Shown here: positions 7,430-14,300 of the stretch, piece by piece
How the letters are laid out: the number at the start of each line of letters is the position of its first letter
How positions within the stretch are numbered: position 1 is the first letter of the stretch
Assembly: GCA_013416795.1 (NCBI GenBank)
Contig: RQSC01000018.1
Span: 345,974-361,958, forward strand
Source: Prasinococcaceae sp. CCMP 1430
Lineage: Eukaryota > Plantae > Prasinodermophyta
Direction: 5' to 3'
DNA: 15,985 nt
Position numbers and translations under genes: made by a program
Notes under the pieces: generated by a model
Database searches by the model: none
Seen by the model: the letters and a program-made list of their open reading frames with translations, nothing else
Told to the model about the DNA's origin: nothing

Positions 7430-8133
7430 GCGACCAGCTCCTCGGCCGCGGCCGCGCCGCCGCGCGCCCCCGCGCCGCCGCACCGCTTGAGCAGCGTGGT
7501 GAGCATCTTCGGGGAGAGCGGCTTGCCCGCCGCGCGCAGGCTGCGCGAGAGCGCCGGGAAGGCAGCGACGGGCAGCCCGCTCGCGCACGCCTCGCGCACG
7601 ACGTCCGCCAGGTTGTGCTCAAAGAAGCAGCGCAGCACGCCGTCCGGCAGGTGCAGGCGCGCGTTTTCGTTCGCGCAAACCGCCCCCAGTTCGGCGGCGA
7701 CGCCCGCGCCGAACTCCCGCAGCAGCTCCCTCTGCGCGCCGCTGAGCTCGCTCCTGTCCGCGCGCGCGCGCCGCGTGCTGTCCGACGCCGTCCAGTCTCT
7801 CCCGCTGTTCGCGCCGTTGTTCCTGTTGTTGCTGTTGCTGTTGTTGTTCCCCCCCGGCCCAACAGAACCGCCGCCTTTTTGGGAAGAAGCTCTCCCGTCG
7901 CGCCGCCGCCGCTGCTTCTCCCACCGCTCGCGCCGCTGTCGCCGCTGCCGCTGCCTCTGGCCGTCCCGCTGGCCGTCCTGCAGCGGCCGCCCAGCGGCGG
8001 CAGCGGCGGCGTCGAGCACGACGATGTTCCGCGCGTACGGCGCGCCGTTGCGCTCCCCCGGCGTGAACTCGACGCGCGCGCCGGCGGGCAGCGCGACGGA
8101 GGCGCGCAGCTNCGCCCTCGCAGCAGCCGCCAT
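7430..8133 (-). CDS. Fragment of a putative RNA-binding protein: C-terminal half of a cold-shock/OB domain, an Asn-rich linker and a PPR-like helix pair
   Basis: VEFTPGERNGAPYARNIVVL resembles CSD strands b4-b5. SLRAAGKPLSPKMLTTLLKRCG...AAAAEELV resembles a PPR boundary. Candidate ATG at 8133 (MAAAARA). Interrupted by N8112 and N7429. Confidence 0.45.
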
Positions 8134-8644
8134 CGCGCGCCGCGTGTGCCCGTGCGCGCGTCCGCAAGCGCGTGGCGCGCGAGTATGACCGTGCGAGCGC
8201 ACCGCCCCGCGCTCTCTCGCTCGCGCGCGAGCTTCAGCGGCAGGGAGGAAGGGGGGGCGGGGAGAGGGGGAGGGGGCGCGCCTCCCGCGCTGTGGCCCCT
8301 CCTCCGTCACCCTCCCCCCTGTCAGCCCCCCTCTAGCAGCCCCCACCGCCCGCGAGCGCGCCGCTGTGCGCTGCGCCGCCGCTCTGCCGGGCCGCAAACC
8401 CTCCGCCGCGAAATCCCCCACCTTCCGCGAATACGCATACGGAAACGGTAGCGGCGCCCCGCGCCCCCACCGCGCGAAATCCGCGATGGGTGGGCCGCGC
8501 CTGATGATGATGGTGATGGGGTGCGTGCGTGCCCGCGCGCCCGCGCGCCCCCTTTTTTTCTTTTTCTTTTTTCTTTTTCGGTTGGTGCCGCGCGCGGTTT
8601 TTGTCCGCAGTCACGTGTGCGGGCGGGCGAACCAGAACTCCTAA

Positions 8645-9130
8645 ACGTCTGGCAAGGGCGAGGCCAAGGCCATGGCCAAGGGCAAGGACAACCCCCCCGG
8701 TACGTACGCCTCGAAGCCTCGAAGCGCTTTGGTGGCGTGCGACCCGTCCTTCAAAACGGCGTCGTCAACGCCAACGTTGTTGCTCTCATCGCAGCCGTAT
8801 ACAACAACGAGGAGAAATTCGGAGATCTGCCGCTTCCCAAGGACATCGCAAGGAAGAAGTCCAGCCCGGCCTGTGCTTTGAAGCTGTACATCAACGCCAT
8901 GGTGGTTGCCAAATTCACCGTGCCCCCCGGGCATGTGGGCAGGCCGAGTCGACGATCTATCACGACTGCGTGCCATTGGCTCAACGCAAGATGCTTGCGT
9001 TGACAAGAGCCAACGGCACCCACACGATCCACGATCTGAGCGGTACCGCATTAGCGGCGCAAGGTGCGAACGACGTACATTGCGAAAAAGCCAAATACTC
9101 CACCGCGAGGAGCCTCGGGCGCGCCGCCGC
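8645..9130 (+). pseudogene. Orphan coding-like sequence broken by two apparent frameshifts
   Basis: Codon-like usage (AAG/AAC/GCC/TAC) passes from the 8672 frame to the 8521 frame at an 8-bp tandem duplication (CCTCGAAG, 8709-8724), then to the 8529 frame near a C6 run (8923-8928). No family recognised. Confidence 0.4.
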
Positions 9131-9138
9131 CGGCTCGC

Positions 9139-11220
9139 ATGCATTTTCACCACGCGCCCGCGCGTGCGTCCCGTCCCGGGCCAAAATTAGAAACCCTGAC
9201 CCCAATCACCAACCCGAACTCCGCGCGCGTCGTTCCGGATCGCGCCGCCCGCAGCAGGTCGGCGCGGGCGGCCCGTCACACCCCGCGCGCTGGTGCCCCC
9301 CAGCGCCGCCCCGCTCCGGCCGGGTGCGCCGCCGCCGCCAAAGCCGCCAACAAGCGCCCGAGGGCGGCAAGGCGCTCGGCGCGCCACCGCGCGCGAGCGG
9401 ACTCCGCGCCGCTCCCAGCAGCGGGGCGCAGAGATGTGCCGGGATGTGCCGTCCCGAACGGCTCGCGCCCCCAAACGCCTCGCCAAAAAACGCCGTGGCT
9501 GGCGCGGGCAGCGCTCGCCGCTCTCGTCGCAGCGCTCGCGCTCTGCGCTGCAGGCGCGCAGGCCGCGCACCGAGCGCTCGGGGGCGGGGGCGCACAGGCC
9601 GCCGCAGCGGCCGTGCTGCTCGCGGCAGTCGCCTTTTCCGCCGCCGCCTCGGCCCTGCAGCGCAGGGCGGCCCTCGCCGCCTCATCCGCGCCCCCAACAA
9701 CCGAAGAAACGACCCGCGTGCTCGTCGTCTCGAACGGACACGGCGAGGACGCCATCGGCGCGGTGCTGTGCGCAGCGCTCCGCGCCGCCGCGCCGCGGAC
9801 GCGCCTCAGCGCGCTGCCGCTCGTCGGCAACGGCGACGCCTACAGGGGCGTGCAAGGCCTGGACGGCGAAGAAGGGTGCGTGGACGTCATCGGCCCCGCG
9901 CGAGCGATGCCCAGCGGCGGATTCGTGTACATGGACCCGTCGGCGCTCGCGGCGGACGTCAAGGCGGGGCTCGCAGAGCTCACCGCGCAGCAGTGGCGGG
10001 CGGCGAGCGAGTGGAGCGCCTCGTCCGCCGGCGACGCGTCAAAAGGCAGAGCCGCCGCCGTGCTCGTCGTGGGCGACGTGCTGCCCCTGCTCTTCGCGCG
10101 CTGGGCGTGCGCGCCCTTGCCGTACGCCTTCGTGGGGTGCGCCAAGAGCGAGCACTACGTGCGCGATGCCGCGCGCTCCGAGCAGCTGCGATTTCCCGAG
10201 CGCGGCCTCGAAGCGCTCGCCGCAGGCGGCAGCGGCAGCGTGTACCTGCCGTGGGAGACGGCGCTCATCGGCGCGGCGCGCTGCGTGGCGGCGATGCCGC
10301 GCGACGCGATGACGGCGCGCAGGCTCGTGGGCGCCATGCCAGCCGACTGGCCGGGGCGCGTGCGCGCGCTCGGCAACCCGATGATGGATCTCGTCGAGGT
10401 GGGTGCGGAGGCAACGACGGCGGAGGGCGAAGTGACGCGCGCCCTGCGCGCGGCCGCCGCGCACGCCGGGGCGCGCGATGCCGTGGTCGTGCTCCCCGGG
10501 ACGCGCTGGCCCGAGGCCGGCGCCAACATGCGCACGCTGCTCGAGGCGGCGGCGCATGCGCAGGACGACGAGGGGGGCCCAATCGAGCCCTCTGAGGGCG
10601 GAGGTGAGACAAAAAGAGGTGCCCCCGTGCTGCTGCTCGCGCCCGTGCCTGGCGGCTTTCCGGGCGACGAGGTGGGCGCGATCATCGAGGCCGAGGGCTG
10701 GGAGCTCTCGGAGCTGCAAGAGGCGACGCGCGGCCTACCGACGGGCAGCGTGAGCTACACGCGCCGCGCCCGCGCCGCGCCCGGACGAGGAGGAGGAGCC
10801 TCCCGGGGGAAAATCCCAAACGCGCAAAACGACGCGTGGTCCCTGCTGCTGCTCCCCGCGCCGGCGTTCGCGCCAGCGCTCTTCGCCTCGACGCTCGGCC
10901 TGTGCATGGCGGGCACCGCGACGGAGCAGCTGGTCGGTCTCGGCAGGCGCGCGTTCACCGTGGCGTGCGGTGCGGGCCCGCAATTCACCCCCGCGTTTGC
11001 GGAGGCGCAGGTCAGACTGCTCGGCGCCGACTCGGTGAGGCTCGCAGACACGCCGGCGGAGTGCGGCGAGGCGCTGCGTGAGGCGCTGCTCGAGCCGGCC
11101 GCGAGCCGAGCGGCCGCCGAGGCCGCCGCAAAAGCCAACGGGGCGGAGCGCATGGGCACGCCCGGCGCGGCCGCGCGCATCGCGGAGGCGCTGATCGAGG
11201 ACCTGCGCCTGGCGGTGTGA
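9139..11220 (+). CDS. Lipid-A-disaccharide synthase-related GT-B protein (TIGR03492 family) with long N-terminal extension; start uncertain
   Basis: From 9715: VLVVSNGHGED, LSALPLVGNGDAY, MPSGGFVYMD, VGDVLPLLFA, YAFVGCAKSEHY, GSVYLPWE, LGNPMMD, LPGTRWPEA, MAGTATEQLVGLG and GPQFTPAFAEAQVRLLG, all motifs I recognise from cyanobacterial TIGR03492 proteins. First in-frame ATG at 9139; stop at 11220. Confidence 0.88.
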   Translation: MHFHHAPARASRPGPKLETLTPITNPNSARVVPDRAARSRSARAARHTPRAGAPQRRPAPAGCAAAAKAANKRPRAARRSARHRARADSAPLPAAGRRDVPGCAVPNGSRPQTPRQKTPWLARAALAALVAALALCAAGAQAAHRALGGGGAQAAAAAVLLAAVAFSAAASALQRRAALAASSAPPTTEETTRVLVVSNGHGEDAIGAVLCAALRAAAPRTRLSALPLVGNGDAYRGVQGLDGEEGCVDVIGPARAMPSGGFVYMDPSALAADVKAGLAELTAQQWRAASEWSASSAGDASKGRAAAVLVVGDVLPLLFARWACAPLPYAFVGCAKSEHYVRDAARSEQLRFPERGLEALAAGGSGSVYLPWETALIGAARCVAAMPRDAMTARRLVGAMPADWPGRVRALGNPMMDLVEVGAEATTAEGEVTRALRAAAAHAGARDAVVVLPGTRWPEAGANMRTLLEAAAHAQDDEGGPIEPSEGGGETKRGAPVLLLAPVPGGFPGDEVGAIIEAEGWELSELQEATRGLPTGSVSYTRRARAAPGRGGGASRGKIPNAQNDAWSLLLLPAPAFAPALFASTLGLCMAGTATEQLVGLGRRAFTVACGAGPQFTPAFAEAQVRLLGADSVRLADTPAECGEALREALLEPAASRAAAEAAAKANGAERMGTPGAAARIAEALIEDLRLAV

Positions 11221-11264
11221 CACCGCCTGGGCGCCAGACGCCGCGCCGCAGGCCACCGCAGCGC

Positions 11265-11287
11265 CGCGCGCGCGCGCGCGCGCGCGC
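11265..11287. repeat. Perfect (CG)11 tract between convergent genes
   Basis: Uninterrupted alternating CG, 23 nt. Confidence 0.9.
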
Positions 11288-11329
11288 TGCTGCCAGAGGC
11301 GCCCTCCGATGTTGTACAACAATATTGTA

Positions 11330-14300
11330 TCACACACATTCAGTCGAGTCTGCTCGCGACCCCGCCGCGGGGCTCGCGTCGTCGGCGCCACCCTCGAGGA
11401 TCGCGCGCAGCTCGGCGTCGGTGAGGGCCTCGGCAGCGGCGCCGGCGCGCGGTCCGCCCTCGGCGGCGCCCTGGGAGGCGCCCGCGCCACCCGCCGCCGC
11501 CGCGGCGTTGCGACGCCGGCACTTGAGGTCCTCGATGCTCACCTCGACCGACTTGTCGACGACGAAGCGGTGCACGAAGGTCGGGCGCGTCTGGCCGATT
11601 CGGTGCACGCGATTGATCGCCTGCAACTCGGTGCCCGGGTTGAGGCACGGCTCCACCAAGACGACGTGGTTGGCCTCAATCAGGGTCAGGCCCGCCGATC
11701 CGTGGCGCAGCGGCATGAGAAGCACGCGCGGCCCGCCCGTGCCCGCGGCGCTGGCGCGGAAGGCCTCCAGCTCGCGCTCGTACGACCGCAGCGACGAGAT
11801 GCGCGCCGCGGGCACGCCGTTCACCTTGAGGGCATGCTCGATGAGCAAGAGCACGCTCGCCCACTCGGAGAAGACGAGAATTTTGTCAAAAAAATCGCCG
11901 CCGCCCGCCAGGATGCCCACCACGCGCCGCACGATCGCGCCGATCTTGGCGCCGTAGCTGCCGCGCACGCGCAACGATGGGTCGTCCGCGAACGGCCCGA
12001 CGACCGGCGTCTGTGACGCGTCCGCCCGCTGCGCCGCCGCCGCGCCCGCGGCTGCCGGCGCCTCCGCGCTCGGTGCCAAAACCACCCCGACGCCGCGGCC
12101 TCCATCGCCGCACGCACGGCCGGCGTCGGCCGTGGCTCGGACCGCCTCGCCTCCGCACCAACCGCCACCAGCCTTCTGTGACGGTGCACCTTTCCGCACG
12201 ACGAGCGCCACGTCCTCTACGTCGCACCTCGCGCGACACTCGGGGCACTGAATCGGCCGCGCCTTCGCGCCTCGCGGGGCGGACTTGTTCGCTCGCTCGA
12301 CGAGGGCCACGCAGCACGAGGCGCACAGCAGATGCCCGCAGCGAAGCACGCTCATGTCGCCAGAGGACAGGCTCTCCTGGCAGATCGGACAGGAGCGGGC
12401 CGACAGGTCGCCTTGATCGCCACCTTTGCCGGCGACTGAAGCCCCACGCTGCGCCGTCGCGAGGCCCGTGAGGTAGCGCAGCTGTGATGTCGACTGCCGC
12501 AGGATCGCGCGGTGCACGCTCAGCTCGGAGCTCACCGTCACGTTGCGAGCCGCGAGCTCATCCGCGCCCAACATGTACAGGGCCGCATACTCGGACAGCG
12601 GCGCGTCCGAAGATGGCGCACGGAGCTGCATGCGCATGACGGACATCGAGAGCTCGTCCATCGCGAGCAGCATGTTGCGGCCTGCCTCGAGCATCTCCCT
12701 CGACTTGAGAAAGTCGACGCGCTGCGCGCCGAGCTCGGCCAAGTGCCGGCGCCCCGCCTCCCGGAGCGCATCAGAAGGGGCGTGTCGAAGCAGGAAGCCG
12801 AGCACGAGCTCCGGGTCGGACGCGCGCTTGAAGATCTGCGCCTCGTAGACGGCCTCGTGCTCAGGCCCAACGAGCGCCGCGATGAGCCCCCGGCTGTCGA
12901 GCTGGTCGTGATGGGGGCTCTTGGCCTTGCTCATGATTTTGGAAATGCACTGGGCCATCGACAGGTGCACGCCGCGCCGCTTGGGCAGGGCGCGCAGGTC
13001 GAAGAGCCGCCCTTCGTACGCGGTCAGCGTGCGCAGCTGCGCGCAATGCAGGCACAGCTCGGCCGCATCCGGCACGATGAGCGCCCCCGCTGCCGTCACC
13101 TCGGGGGGTCGGCAGAGTATGCAATGCCCCGCGAGGTGCGATGCGCGCTCCGTCGGCTGCCGCGCCGCGCCCGCGAGCGCGTCCCGCGCGCGCGCGTACG
13201 CGCAGCGCGCGTCCTCGAGCGCGTCGAGCTCGCCCGCGAGCACGTACTGGAGCCCCGCGCACTTCGTGAAGCTCTGCTGGGCAAAGGGCGACCTCATGTC
13301 GGACGACGTCCTGTGCTTGTTGCCGCCGTCGTTGTCGCCCATCTGGCGGCCAGCGTCGAGGTGCTGCCGCACGGCCGCCACGCACTCATCGTCGCCGAGC
13401 GCGGAGCGCGCGGCGGCGAGCGCCTCGAGCCACCACGTTTCCGGCTGCCACGGAGACGTGTGCGCGCACACATCGTCGCCCGCCGCCACAGCTTGGCGGC
13501 GGAGCTGCGCCAGCGCGGCGTCGGCGCGCGTGTGCTCGTCCGTTTTGACCATCAGCGTGGCGCGCCGCTCTGCGAGGAAGGCGCGGCGAAGCGCATCGGC
13601 CTGCTCGCGCAGGGACGCGTCGCGCAGCGTGCGCGCGACGGCGCCCGCCGGTTCGACAGGCGCGGCGCCGGCACCCTCGAGCGCCTCGGCGAGGTTGTGC
13701 AACGAGTGCAGCGTCTGCAGGCGGTCGGTGTCCACGCGCAGATCGCGGTCGCGGCGATACTCGTCGCTCAGTTGGAGCGCCTCGCGATAGCGGCCGATTG
13801 CGTCCGCGCGCGCGCCGGGCTCCGCGCTCAGCAGCAGCAGCCCCGCGAGGCCGTTGAGGCAGCCCACGACATCGCGAAGGGCGTCCTCGGCCTCCACGCG
13901 CGCGCGCGCGATGAGCACGTCAAGGATGTCGTCCATCGACATCGGCTCGCCGCCGCCACCGAGCTGCTGCGCGGCGGTTTTTCGGCCGATGCCGTGCTCG
14001 CCGACCTGCGGGTGGCAGCACGCCTGTCGGAGGCGCAGGAGGTGCGGCATGTCGCGCAATTCGTACAAAATTGTGCTCTGCCCGCGCGCGCGTCGCACCA
14101 TGGTGGCGAGCTTGCCGAGGCACTCGCGGTGCTGGGTGTCGTAAAAGTGCCGCTCGACGGCGCTGAATCGCACCAGCTGGCGGCCCTCGCTCTGCGGCGG
14201 CAGCCGCAGCTCGCCCTCCACCTCAGCCTTGGTGGAGCGCCACATGACGCGGCGCGCGAAGGCCCGCAGCGGGGCGGCATCCCCGCAGCTGTACGCGCGC

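Noticed and set aside
7299-7440. In-frame splice or fusion of the CSD/PPR-like ORF to BCAT, as the 6306..7862 and 7261..8421 ORFs suggest
   Set aside because: These ORFs read through Ns. No single-base substitution for N7429 creates an in-frame GT donor, and BCAT's FTDHM motif is missing, so the N is a gap.
9000-9110. Tyrosine recombinase motif (TIHDLSGTA)
   Set aside because: Lacks the HxxR arginine and a correctly spaced H/W and catalytic Tyr.
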